Source of the DNA: a virus
Taxonomy: Duplodnaviria; Caudoviricetes
Direction: 5' to 3' (one strand)
IMG/VR virus record: IMGVR_UViG_2923682817_000001
Coordinates: 32,001 to 96,000 of that record
Length of the DNA: 64,000 nucleotides
The translations under genes and the position numbers were made by a program. Positions 44,177-53,442 of the stretch are shown here, one piece after another. Below the pieces are notes generated by a model. It searched no databases, was not told the origin of the DNA, and saw only the letters and a list, made by a program, of their open reading frames with translations. The stretch's first letter is position 1, and the number at the start of each line of letters is the position of its first letter.

Positions 44177-46311
44177 CACGCGGTGACCAGGTCGACCACG
44201 TCACAGGCACCGGCCACGCAGGCGAGTTCCTGGGCTCCGGTGGTGGAGTCGGTGAGCTCGTAGAACGGGAGGTCAGCCCATCTGATCTCGGGGAAGGCCG
44301 CGGCCAGGCGCTGGTACTCCTTGCGGGTGATCTCCTGGTAGGGCGCCTGCTTGTAGACGTGGTCGCTGTGCGGCAGGAAGGAGACGCCGCTCAGCTCGTC
44401 CAGGTGGGCGAAGACCCAGTCTCCGACCTTGTCCCACTCCCCCGATTCCCAGTCGATCAGGTCGCGCAGGGCGTCGCAGAGACTTCCCCAGTCGCCGTCG
44501 GGAGCGGTGAGCTCGGGGTGGGTTACCAGCCACTGGTCAAGCTCAGCCGGGATGTTGGCCAGCAGTTCGCCATCGTCGCCGGCGACGAGCCGCATTGCGA
44601 GCTCTTCAGAGAAAGGCCCGGGGTTGGTGATGCGCGGACCGCGGACGGAGATGGTCACGCTCGGCTTGTGCTCACACCAGGCCCGCTGATAGTCCAACCA
44701 GAGCTCCAGGTGCTGGATCGCGGTGATGCTGTCCCTGGTCACGGCGAAGTTCGGGGCCTTGATCGGGAAGGAGAAGACCCACGTGCTGTCGGGCTGCATG
44801 ACGTCGTCCTCGCACGGCACGCCGCTGTCCTTCATCAGCTGGGCGAGCGGGTCCTTCTTGTCTGCACGGACGGTGCGCAGGTAATGCTTTGCGTGCCAGG
44901 GGTGGATGCCGGAGGAGACTCCGGCCAGCTGGGATACGGTTCCCGACGGCTTCACGCACGTGACCGCGTGCGAGCTCGGGATGCCGATCGCCCGGGCCTC
45001 CTTCATGTTGGTCACCCGGGCGAACCGCTTGATTCGCCCGAGGTATTCGGCCCGGTTTTCGTCGGTGGAGACGAGCGGGTTTCCGAAGACACCGGTCAGG
45101 GAGACGCCCAGCAGGCGCTCCTCGCGGGCGTTGGCGGCCCACTGCGGGCGCAGAAAAGGAAAGTCGGTCAGGGTGCTCTGCCAGGTGCCGAGGATCGTCG
45201 CGAGCCGGACCTTCCGGCCGATGGACTCCAGAGAATCCTCAGGTCGGACAATTACCTCAGAAAGGTTACAAAAGGAAAAAGGACGCATAATGATCTCCGA
45301 GCACGGATTAGTCCCATACTCGACAAATCGGTCACGACGGCCATTCTTGGCCGCCTGATTCTGGGCCGCGGTCCGGTTGAAGATTCCGCGCTCACCACTC
45401 CCCGAGGCGACCAGCGAACCCCATTCGGCGTCGAACTGCTCCCGGGTGATCTTGCCTTCATACACTGCGCTGTTGTTGGCCAGCGCGCGATGCGGCGCCG
45501 CCGTCCACCACTCCCCTGACTTAGCGGCTGCCATCTCCGGGTCGTTCAGGTCTGACAGGCTGATCATCGCCGAGCGCCGCACGCCGCCGACGACCACCAC
45601 GCTGGCGATCTTGCAGACCAGGTCGTGGACCTCCAGCGAGGTCAACTGGCGCCCCTGGGCGGCCTTCAGCGCCGTGACGGTGTACTCGAACAGCTCGCGC
45701 AGCGGCTCCGGCCCCGAGGCCCTGCCTCCGAACGTCTGCAGCCGGGCGCCGGCCGGCCGGACGGCCGACAGGTCATAGCGGGGAATCCAACCCTCCAGCC
45801 ACAGCTCCTCGATCAGCATCCGGTAGGCATGCGCCCAGCCGAGCTTGGAGTCCCCCACCACGATGAGCTCCTGAGGAGCGTCGACCAGGCGCGGCACCGG
45901 CGGCAGCTCGTCGATGTAGCGCTTTTCCACGCTGAAGCCCACACCGGTGCCGTTGAGCAGGATGAACAGCACCTCGGAGAACGCTGCCAGGTCATCGATG
46001 GGCAGATAGCTGCAGTTGTAGCCGGCGATGTTGGAACGTTCCAGGGCTTCACCGGCGGTCATGACGGCCCGCATCGACGGGACGATCTCCAGATTGGCGA
46101 TGGCGTCGCGCACTTCGGCCACGAGCTCGGGGTCGGGCTCGTAGGCGTGGTTGTCCGACAGGTGGCCAGTCATGAAGTCCATGAATCGGTCCACGGACTC
46201 GGTCCAGGTCTCGCGCCGATTCTCGGCGTCGATGTATCGGGCGTACCGGGAGGTGGCGATGAAATTCTGGTAGGGGTCGCTGATGGACCCGTCAGCGGCA
46301 AGCATGCTCAC
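44176..46311 (-). CDS. nrdJ: class II (B12-dependent) ribonucleotide reductase
   Basis: PSMRA, YNC, GTGVG, GGVRRSA, TNPCSE, CNLSE, TCVKPSGT, C-terminal CxxGxC. Confidence 0.93.
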   Translation of the reverse strand: MSMLAADGSISDPYQNFIATSRYARYIDAENRRETWTESVDRFMDFMTGHLSDNHAYEPDPELVAEVRDAIANLEIVPSMRAVMTAGEALERSNIAGYNCSYLPIDDLAAFSEVLFILLNGTGVGFSVEKRYIDELPPVPRLVDAPQELIVVGDSKLGWAHAYRMLIEELWLEGWIPRYDLSAVRPAGARLQTFGGRASGPEPLRELFEYTVTALKAAQGRQLTSLEVHDLVCKIASVVVVGGVRRSAMISLSDLNDPEMAAAKSGEWWTAAPHRALANNSAVYEGKITREQFDAEWGSLVASGSGERGIFNRTAAQNQAAKNGRRDRFVEYGTNPCSEIIMRPFSFCNLSEVIVRPEDSLESIGRKVRLATILGTWQSTLTDFPFLRPQWAANAREERLLGVSLTGVFGNPLVSTDENRAEYLGRIKRFARVTNMKEARAIGIPSSHAVTCVKPSGTVSQLAGVSSGIHPWHAKHYLRTVRADKKDPLAQLMKDSGVPCEDDVMQPDSTWVFSFPIKAPNFAVTRDSITAIQHLELWLDYQRAWCEHKPSVTISVRGPRITNPGPFSEELAMRLVAGDDGELLANIPAELDQWLVTHPELTAPDGDWGSLCDALRDLIDWESGEWDKVGDWVFAHLDELSGVSFLPHSDHVYKQAPYQEITRKEYQRLAAAFPEIRWADLPFYELTDSTTGAQELACVAGACDVVDLVTA

Positions 46312-46349
46312 GGTGAGGGGGTTCCTTACGAGGAGGAGGGAGGAGAAGG

Positions 46350-46787
46350 TCAGCCGATGCGGCCGATGATGTTCCCGGAGTTGTATTGCGAGGTGCCGTC
46401 GTGGACCTGCGTGGCGGGGGTGGCCGGCCCGCCCTGTCCGGACGGCAGTCCGCCGCCGCCGGATCCTGCCTGGACCAGCGGGTAGCCGCAGTCGTAGCAG
46501 CGCTTACGCGCGCTGGTGCCAGGAGGCGCCATGTAGTTCACCGAACCGCAGGTGACGTCGGGGCAGGTTTCGGTCAGCTTGGCGCTCTGCGCCTGGCGAG
46601 GCGCCACGTACGGGGCCGGATCGACTTCGGCGGCCGGGTTGCTCTGGGGCTGCTGGGGCGTCGGCGGGTAGGGCGGGGTCGGATCCCACCATGGCCGGGA
46701 CGCGCTCGCCTGCGGTGCGTACGCCGGCGTCTGAGGGGCCTGCGGTCGGGCGTTGGGATTGAGCTTGCGCTCCCAGAAACTACTCAT
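46350..46787 (-). CDS. Pro-rich Zn-ribbon protein
   Basis: CPDVTCGS.NY..RCYDCGYP. Confidence 0.8.
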   Translation of the reverse strand: MSSFWERKLNPNARPQAPQTPAYAPQASASRPWWDPTPPYPPTPQQPQSNPAAEVDPAPYVAPRQAQSAKLTETCPDVTCGSVNYMAPPGTSARKRCYDCGYPLVQAGSGGGGLPSGQGGPATPATQVHDGTSQYNSGNIIGRIG

Positions 46788-47152
46788 TTGGTGGTCCTCG
46801 AATACGTCAGGATTCCGGCGTCCAGGAGCTGGGCTGCGCTTACCAGCGATCCCACGCGGATGACTTCGCCGTGCTGTTTCACCAAAAGAGCTACGAGTTC
46901 CGAATCGAGTTCGTCGACCGCACCACCAAGCATAGTGCGGATCATGATTTCGGCACTCATATGCGACATTTTGGCGAAATCCGCCTTCAGTGGCTCCACT
47001 CGCTTGAGGCGCCGGTGGCTATCGGCGCATGACAGGGTGGCCACGTCAGGTCCGGGCGCGGTCATGCCTAGGAGCTTGAGCACCTCCGGGACCTCGTGGT
47101 GCGGGGTCAGGTCCCACACGAGACGCGCCCGGAGCAGCGGTTTCATATCCAT
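46784..47152 (-). CDS. hypothetical protein
   Basis: TGATG-coupled to polA. Confidence 0.7.
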   Translation of the reverse strand: MDMKPLLRARLVWDLTPHHEVPEVLKLLGMTAPGPDVATLSCADSHRRLKRVEPLKADFAKMSHMSAEIMIRTMLGGAVDELDSELVALLVKQHGEVIRVGSLVSAAQLLDAGILTYSRTTK

Positions 47153-49098
47153 CACTTGGCCTCCGCCCAGTTGTCGGCTACAGAAATATCCGCGGTCAGA
47201 GGGACGCACAGCAGCTTCTGGATGCCTTCGCCCAGCATCGCCTCGCGTAGCGCTGCCTCGATCAGCGACACCTGATCCTCGGGGCCGTGACAGACGAGTT
47301 CGTCGTGCACCGTCATGAGCAGCTCGGCGCGGTCGGGCAGCAGCGGCAGCAACCGGACCATGGACTTCTTCACAACGTCGGCTCCAGACCCCTGGATCTT
47401 GGCGTTGAAGATCTGTCGTTCGGCGCTGGAGCGCTTGAAGTCGTCGGCGCTGCGCAGCTCGGGGATACGTCGGATGCGTCCCAGCAGAGTCGCGGTGTGC
47501 GGCGGGCGCTGGCGGCGAGCGGTCTCGATGACGTGCGCCCGGTACTTGTAGATCTCCGGGAACATTTCCCGGTGTACCTTCATGTGGCGCTTGGCCTCGG
47601 CCACGCTGATGCCGGCCATTTCCGCCACGGTCGTCGGGCCGGCTCCGTACACGATCGCGAAGTTAAGTCCCTTTGCTACAGCTCTGTACGCTTTTGTCAC
47701 ATCATCGAATGGGACGCCGAAGACGAGTGACGCGGTCATGGTGTGCGCGTCGATTCCCTGATGGAAACCGTCGTAAAGCGCCCCATAGCCGATGAAGTGG
47801 GCCAAAAGCACCAGTTCGATCTGGCCATAGTCGGCCACGACCAGTTTGTGGCCGGGCAGCGCCCGGTATGCAGTGCGGATCTTCTTGCCTTCGACACCAC
47901 GGGAGGGGATGTTTTGCAGGTTGGGGCCGGCCGAGGAGAACCGCCCGGTGCGGGCGCCCATCTGTTTGAACGCGCCGTGGACACGGCCGTCCACGATCAG
48001 ACAGGGCTTCTCGTCCGGGTCCTCGGGGTCGCCCAGGACGCCGGTGACGTAGGTCCCCTTCAGCTTGGCGTCGCGCTGGTAGTCCAGGAACCGTGCGACG
48101 ACCAGGTGCTTCTTGTGCGGCTCCAACGAGTCGGCGTCCGTGCTGTAGTCGGTGATCAGCAGTTTCTCGCCGCGCCCTGCTTTGGCCTTACCTCCCTTGG
48201 TCAGGGTGGTCGGACGAAGTCCCAGGTTTCCCTCAGCCTTCGGCCCGTACAGAGCCACCGCTTTCTGCTGGGGAGAGTTGAGATTGACCTTCTTGCCCAG
48301 GCCCTTGTAGATCGCGGCCTCGGTCTCCACCAGGCGGGCGTCCAGCTGCACGCCGAGCTCGGCCAAGACTGCGCCGTCGACCGGCGCCCCGGCCAGGGCC
48401 ATGGAGATTACGGTCTCCAGGACGCCGAGCTCCAGGTCCAACAGCGCTGACAGGCCCGCGTGGCCGATCAGGTCGCGCTCGCGCTGGTACAGCAGCCAGG
48501 TGTATTTGGCGTCCATGTACGCGTAGCGAGCAACCCGGCTGAAGGCGTAGGTCTCGACCTTCTTGCCGACGTTGTCTTTGTCGTAGTCGAGCTTGTACAG
48601 CTGCTTGATGCGGGGCTTCAGACCGTTCAGCCGGTTTTCGTCCAGCAGGACGGAGCTGATGAAGGTGTCATGCCAGGGCTTGGACGGCACGGCGCCGTCG
48701 TAGTACTTGGCCACTGACGCGATGTCGAATGCTGCGTTGTGGCAGACCTTCAGCCGATCAGAGAACAGCAGCGGCTCGATGGCCTCGAACACCTGGCTCG
48801 GGCGGAGCTGTTCGGGGGCATTCGACCAGACGGGGACGGTGCGGTTGCGGACCTTACCGCTGGGGCCGATCGTGGGCTCTTTCCGCTCACCGATGATCTT
48901 CCCGCGTTCGTGGCCCATGGGGATGGACACGGTCATGCCGTGGGTTGCCATGGACAACCAGGTGATGGTGTTGTGCGCGGGGACGCCCCGCAGCGGCGGC
49001 ACCGTCTCCACGTCGTAGGTCAACTCACCAAAACGGCTGAAGTGGGCGACGACGTGGTCCAGGTGCTCGGCGTCCAAAACGGTGGTGCTGCTCAGCAC
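47152..49098 (-). CDS. polA: family A DNA polymerase (3'-5' exo + polymerase)
   Basis: YDVET, HNAAFD, YAYMDA, TGRFSS.GPNLQNIP, ADYGQIE, K.LNFAIVYG, IQGSGAD, VHDEL. Confidence 0.95.
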   Translation of the reverse strand: MLSSTTVLDAEHLDHVVAHFSRFGELTYDVETVPPLRGVPAHNTITWLSMATHGMTVSIPMGHERGKIIGERKEPTIGPSGKVRNRTVPVWSNAPEQLRPSQVFEAIEPLLFSDRLKVCHNAAFDIASVAKYYDGAVPSKPWHDTFISSVLLDENRLNGLKPRIKQLYKLDYDKDNVGKKVETYAFSRVARYAYMDAKYTWLLYQRERDLIGHAGLSALLDLELGVLETVISMALAGAPVDGAVLAELGVQLDARLVETEAAIYKGLGKKVNLNSPQQKAVALYGPKAEGNLGLRPTTLTKGGKAKAGRGEKLLITDYSTDADSLEPHKKHLVVARFLDYQRDAKLKGTYVTGVLGDPEDPDEKPCLIVDGRVHGAFKQMGARTGRFSSAGPNLQNIPSRGVEGKKIRTAYRALPGHKLVVADYGQIELVLLAHFIGYGALYDGFHQGIDAHTMTASLVFGVPFDDVTKAYRAVAKGLNFAIVYGAGPTTVAEMAGISVAEAKRHMKVHREMFPEIYKYRAHVIETARRQRPPHTATLLGRIRRIPELRSADDFKRSSAERQIFNAKIQGSGADVVKKSMVRLLPLLPDRAELLMTVHDELVCHGPEDQVSLIEAALREAMLGEGIQKLLCVPLTADISVADNWAEAK

Positions 49099-49173
49099 GC
49101 GAGGGACCTTTCCTAGACACAGCGGCCCGCCCCTGCCGTTGGCAGCTCGGCAGGGGCGGGCCTTGAAGGAGGG

Positions 49174-49977
49174 CTAGGAGAGCTCGTCCACGAGCTCTTC
49201 GAGATCCTCGCGAGAGTCCTGCTTGACGGTCTCGGGGCCGGCGGCCTGCGCGGCGAACTCGGCCAGCTCCTCTTCGTCCAGCGGCTCGATGTCCTCTTCG
49301 TCGGCGAGGCTATGCGCGCGGACCGGGCGAAGGTTGTACTCGGTCTTGGTGCCCTTACCACTCTTGGAGACGACCCAGTAGGTGTCGTCGCGGTTCAGCG
49401 GGCCGGTCTTCTTGTTCTCCGACAGGCCCTCCAGCTTCTGCGCCACCCGGACGCCGCACGCCCAGACCTTGACCGTGGGCTTCTCGGGGTTGGAGAAGTC
49501 CACGACGTTGAACAGGATCTGATACCTAGGCTCGTCGCCCAGGTCGTCGCACAGCGGGCAGTCCTCTTCGAGACAGACGTAGGACTTGCGGCCCTCGGCT
49601 TCCTTGAGCCAGTGCTGCTGGTAGACCGCGAAGGGGCCTTCCTCCAGGAACTTGATGACGATTTCGTCATTGTCGATCTTGAAGTTTTCGGCGAACTTGC
49701 CGCTCTTGGCCTTGTTCCGGAAGGTCTCCCATCCGCCTTCGGCGGAGCCGGCGGAGGACTTACGTCGGGCGGGCTTGGCGTCGTCCCGGGTGCGGGAGTT
49801 GGCACGGCCGGCGGGGCGGGTGCTCTCGCGGCCGGAGCGGCCGGCCGGGCGCCGGCCTGCGGTACGAGTTCGGCGCGGGGCCTCCTCTTCGTCCTCGTAG
49901 TCCTCCTCAGGCTCGGAGTCGTGGTTGCTGGCGGGGGCAGTGCTCTCAGAGGAGCGGCGGCGCAGGGTGCGGCCCAT
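49174..49977 (-). CDS. single-stranded DNA-binding protein (gp32-like)
   Basis: IKFL..Y.QHW..C....CPLC; acidic C-tail; adjacent to polA. Confidence 0.75.
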   Translation of the reverse strand: MGRTLRRRSSESTAPASNHDSEPEEDYEDEEEAPRRTRTAGRRPAGRSGRESTRPAGRANSRTRDDAKPARRKSSAGSAEGGWETFRNKAKSGKFAENFKIDNDEIVIKFLEEGPFAVYQQHWLKEAEGRKSYVCLEEDCPLCDDLGDEPRYQILFNVVDFSNPEKPTVKVWACGVRVAQKLEGLSENKKTGPLNRDDTYWVVSKSGKGTKTEYNLRPVRAHSLADEEDIEPLDEEELAEFAAQAAGPETVKQDSREDLEELVDELS

Positions 49978-50019
49978 ACAGAAGGTCCGTTCAGTCAGTC
50001 AGTCAGTGAGGGGCGGGAA

Positions 50020-50328
50020 TTACCTGCTGCGGCGTACGAGGCGGCGGGGGGCCACGCGGCGGCGGCGGCGGGGGACCACGTGGCGAGGACCGTCCAGCAG
50101 GTGGTTGACGTAGGTGTCGTCCTCGGCCGTGAGCGTTCGAGCCAGGTCCAGGTCGTCGCGGAGCCGATTTTCGACGATCTCCTTGGCACGTTCCATGAGG
50201 GCCTCGGGCCGCTCATGGTCAGCGGCGGCGGTCGCCTTGACCGTGGCTGTGGCGGAGAGCTCGACCCACTCGAAGGAGCCCATGTTGACGTGGTGGGTCT
50301 GGCTGTAGGTGGCCGATTCGACGATCAC
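50020..50328 (-). CDS. hypothetical protein
   Basis: HHVNMGSFEW. Confidence 0.7.
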   Translation of the reverse strand: MIVESATYSQTHHVNMGSFEWVELSATATVKATAAADHERPEALMERAKEIVENRLRDDLDLARTLTAEDDTYVNHLLDGPRHVVPRRRRRVAPRRLVRRSR

Positions 50329-50798
50329 TGCTGGCGCCCGTCGGCCTCGGCGCGCTGCTGGCGCTCGTGCGCGGCGTGGTCAGCAAACAGCTTGGTGACC
50401 CGAGCGGTGAACTGGGTCTCTTGGATCGGCCGTGCGTGGGGCTCCAAGATGCCCTCTTCGCGGGCGATCTGGTAGATGCCGATGATCAGGGCTTTGGTGT
50501 ACAGCCGGCGGCGGCCGTGCTTGGCGCTGGCGGCGTTACGCGGGTCGCGGCCGGGGAATGCCGCCGGCGGGCGCGGGAGCCAGCCCTGCTCCTCCCAACC
50601 GCGGATCGTGTCCGACTTGCGGTTGAGGACGCGGGCCAAGGCGCCGATCTTGTAGAAGGCGACCTTCCGGCCGCGGACGTCGTAGATCTGGGGCTTCTCG
50701 CCGGCCAGCGGGTCAGTGGTGAATGCGGTGGCAGGGCGGCGGTCGGGCCGCCACGGCAGAGCTACGTCAGCGGTGATTTCGGGGGTGGAGCTGCTCAC
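50325..50798 (-). CDS. MerR/BldC-like HTH protein
   Basis: YKIGALA..LNRK..TIRGWE..GWLP..RRLYT. Confidence 0.8.
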   Translation of the reverse strand: MSSSTPEITADVALPWRPDRRPATAFTTDPLAGEKPQIYDVRGRKVAFYKIGALARVLNRKSDTIRGWEEQGWLPRPPAAFPGRDPRNAASAKHGRRRLYTKALIIGIYQIAREEGILEPHARPIQETQFTARVTKLFADHAAHERQQRAEADGRQQ

Positions 50799-50827
50799 AG
50801 CGCGGCGCCCTTCTTGTCGATGTTGAA

Positions 50828-51319
50828 CTAGTACGCCTTGAGGGCGTACATGGTGTGGGTGTCGACAAGCGCGTCCAGTTCTTCGACGGTGAGCAGGCCT
50901 TCCTGCTCACACGCATACAGCTCGTTTTGGTCCAGGACCTCGATGATCTGCTTCTTGAAGATCCGGTCGGTGAGGCCCTTGGCCTCGGCCAGCTCACGGA
51001 CCCTGTCCTCAGACAGGGACTGGCTGACGCGCTTCTCACGCACCCACCCGGCGTATGCCTTGCCTCCGGGCACCGTGAACTCCGCGGGGAGATCGACGGT
51101 GTGGTGTCCCTTGGCGTTGGCTTCGCCGTACTGCTCGGCCCAGGCCAGGAGCTCCGCTCGGAGAGACTCCTTGCGGCCCTTCAGCTCCTGCTCCTGGGTC
51201 GAGACAGCTGCCCACTGATGAAATTTTTTGGTGATGCTTTGGAGATCCGCGGAGGACGGTTGGTATGGGCCGTCAACTTTAGGATCGGACATTGGTGATG
51301 TCCGTGACACTCTTCGCAT
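50828..51319 (-). CDS. hypothetical protein
   Basis: Coiled-coil N-half; G...KGH; G.LT.EELD. Confidence 0.75.
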   Translation of the reverse strand: MRRVSRTSPMSDPKVDGPYQPSSADLQSITKKFHQWAAVSTQEQELKGRKESLRAELLAWAEQYGEANAKGHHTVDLPAEFTVPGGKAYAGWVREKRVSQSLSEDRVRELAEAKGLTDRIFKKQIIEVLDQNELYACEQEGLLTVEELDALVDTHTMYALKAY

Positions 51320-51428
51320 CGTTGATCTTTCGTGCCGAGAAGTTGGTATTTCCCCCTCGGGGTCACGAACAGTACTCCTGATTTGGGTCCGTCCGCAACC
51401 ATTCTATGGAGAAATAGTTTCTCGACTT

Positions 51429-51464
51429 CCAACTAGTTGGGATGTGCTCTGACCAGTTGGGATG
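51429..51464. promoter_or_regulatory. tandem AGTTGGGATG boxes
   Basis: 51435-51444 and 51455-51464; palindrome CCAACTAGTTGG. Confidence 0.6.
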
Positions 51465-51547
51465 TAGTCAGCAAGCGCCTATTGAGCGGCCATAGTGTGA
51501 GGGTTTAAAAGGACTATGGGACGCACATAGTTAGTGCCCGAAAAGAG

Positions 51548-51760
51548 CAGTCGTCACTATTCGTAGTCATGCGGCATCACTTCGGTGGTCAATGTCGCAG
51601 CGGTGACCGACTGCGGACACACCGACAACAAGACACCTCTGCTGGAGGCGTCGGGAAACGAAGCGACCGCGCCAGCGGCAAAGGGTTTCTTCACTGCTGA
51701 CACGGTCGAGTAAACCTGCTCAGCTGTCCCGGGGGCAACTCTGGTAACGGCCGGGTTTTT
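51548..51760 (+). ncRNA. candidate ~210-nt structured RNA
   Basis: Multibranch stem 51548-51613 with two UUCG loops, further stems, a GCAA-capped hairpin and a T-run. Confidence 0.5.
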
Positions 51761-51807
51761 GCATGTTGCAAAAGAAAGAAACGAAGATCGTTATTGCAAC
51801 ATGCAAT
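51759..51807. terminator. 13-bp inverted repeat
   Basis: TTGCATGTTGCAA...TTGCAACATGCAA after the 51823 stop. Confidence 0.6.
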
Positions 51808-51822
51808 GCCCCTGACCTGCGA

Positions 51823-53442
51823 TTATGCGTCCTCTGTCACGAAGGCCGTCAGGGACGGCTCGGCCTGCTGGCCGGGCGCGTACGGAGACTGCGTGGGCTC
51901 CGCAGAAGGCACCGGTTCGGGTTCGGCGGTGGGATCAGCCGGCTGGCCCGAGGTCGACGCGGTGGGTTCGCTGGACGCGGTCGGATCCGGTGGCCGCGTC
52001 GGAGATTCATGGGAGCCGTCGCTGGGCTCCGGGGCCTTCGGAGCGGTTTCGGAGACGCTGGGGGTGGGCGCCGGCGTGGTCGGGATCGGCGACGGCGCGG
52101 GAGCGGTCGGGCTGGAACTTTGGATCGGCGACGGGGCAGGCTCTGCCGACCGTGTCGGATGGGGTGATGGCTGTTTCGGGGCCTCGGTGGTCGTGGGCGC
52201 CGGAGCAGCGGGGGACACTTCCGGCTGCGGACGATTGGTGCTCTGCGATACGGGGCCGGACAGGGTAGTCGTCCGCACTGCGGTGGGACTGGTGGTGGTC
52301 GTATGTGCGGGCGTGGGCGAGACGCTGGTGGTAGGGGTGCTTTCCACAGGACTCGGGGGGACGACGAAGACCGGATTGCTGGGGGATGGCATCTGAGCCG
52401 GCTCCGAGAACGTGGGTGTGGGCAGCCCCTCGAAAAAGGACGGTGCGGGGCTCGCCGTCACCTGGTCGGCATAGGCCCTGGGAGGGCTGGCCCGCTGCTC
52501 AACGACGCTGACACCGATCACTCCGGCAACCGCAATCGCCCCGCTGACTCCGAGCGCGACCGGGCTAGCGACCAGTGCTGCAAGGACTCCCCCACCGGTC
52601 GCCGCCGCGGTGACTCCGGCGGTGGCGGTGACAGCCACGGCGCCGCCGGCGGCGACTGTTCCAGTAGCCGCCACGGTGCCCACACCGGCCGCTGCTGCCG
52701 CGGTACCTCCTCCTGCAGCCGTGCCGACGCCGACGAGCTTGTGGACCAGTGGCCAGGCAAGGACGATCGCTCCGACCTTGGAGGCCTGCTCCCGGTCCTG
52801 GAAAAATCTCCGCCACAGGCGGCTGATCAGCGTGATGTGTAGGGCGGCCTGGGTTCGTACCTCCGGCGCGGTGGCCGGGTCAGCTACCACTTCGGCCGAT
52901 TCCTGGGCGGCGTCCTGAAGCAGGTGTATCAGCCTCGCGTTGCGCCGGTCGGCGATGGCCGCCCCGCTGTCGTAAGCCCGCGCGTCGGCCTTGAGCCTTT
53001 CCCATTTCTTCAGGATTCTGGTGATTGTGGAAGGGTCCGGCTTGTCTTCGGGCCGCTTCATATGGCGGGATATGCGAGCGTAGATGACGCCTCTGGCGGT
53101 GAGCTCGTCGATGAAGGGCACCAGCGCCATCTCGTAGATAGCCTGCTTGTCCTCCAGCTCGTGGACGGTGTGGCTGAACTGCCCGACGACCGTCAGCAGC
53201 TCATCGGTGGTGAATTCGTGCAGATCCTCGCACGTGGTCAGTCGTGTCGTGTCGCTCACATCGGCGATGGCATCGGCGATGTGGCGGTGAGGCGAGTGAT
53301 ACACCCCCCGTGCCTTCCTGTGAGCAGACCGTAAGTCCACTTTCGTAGCAAAAGCGGACAAACGACCCAAAGGTGGTAAATGTGACACCAACGGCCCCGG
53401 CTGTTGGTTATGCGTCACATCGGTATGCGCCTGAAGATTCAA
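51823..53442 (-). CDS. membrane-tethered protein: HTH-like cytoplasmic region, Ala/Gly TM, Pro/Thr/Ser-rich tail
   Basis: RGVIYARISRHM..PSTITRIL; hydrophobic stretch; PT-rich C-terminus; start uncertain. Confidence 0.7.
   Translation of the reverse strand: MNLQAHTDVTHNQQPGPLVSHLPPLGRLSAFATKVDLRSAHRKARGVYHSPHRHIADAIADVSDTTRLTTCEDLHEFTTDELLTVVGQFSHTVHELEDKQAIYEMALVPFIDELTARGVIYARISRHMKRPEDKPDPSTITRILKKWERLKADARAYDSGAAIADRRNARLIHLLQDAAQESAEVVADPATAPEVRTQAALHITLISRLWRRFFQDREQASKVGAIVLAWPLVHKLVGVGTAAGGGTAAAAAGVGTVAATGTVAAGGAVAVTATAGVTAAATGGGVLAALVASPVALGVSGAIAVAGVIGVSVVEQRASPPRAYADQVTASPAPSFFEGLPTPTFSEPAQMPSPSNPVFVVPPSPVESTPTTSVSPTPAHTTTTSPTAVRTTTLSGPVSQSTNRPQPEVSPAAPAPTTTEAPKQPSPHPTRSAEPAPSPIQSSSPTAPAPSPIPTTPAPTPSVSETAPKAPEPSDGSHESPTRPPDPTASSEPTASTSGQPADPTAEPEPVPSAEPTQSPYAPGQQAEPSLTAFVTEDA

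Noticed and set aside
44440-44645. NrdJ insertion as a mini-intein
   Set aside because: Too short and lacks the N-terminal C/S and C-terminal HN splice motifs
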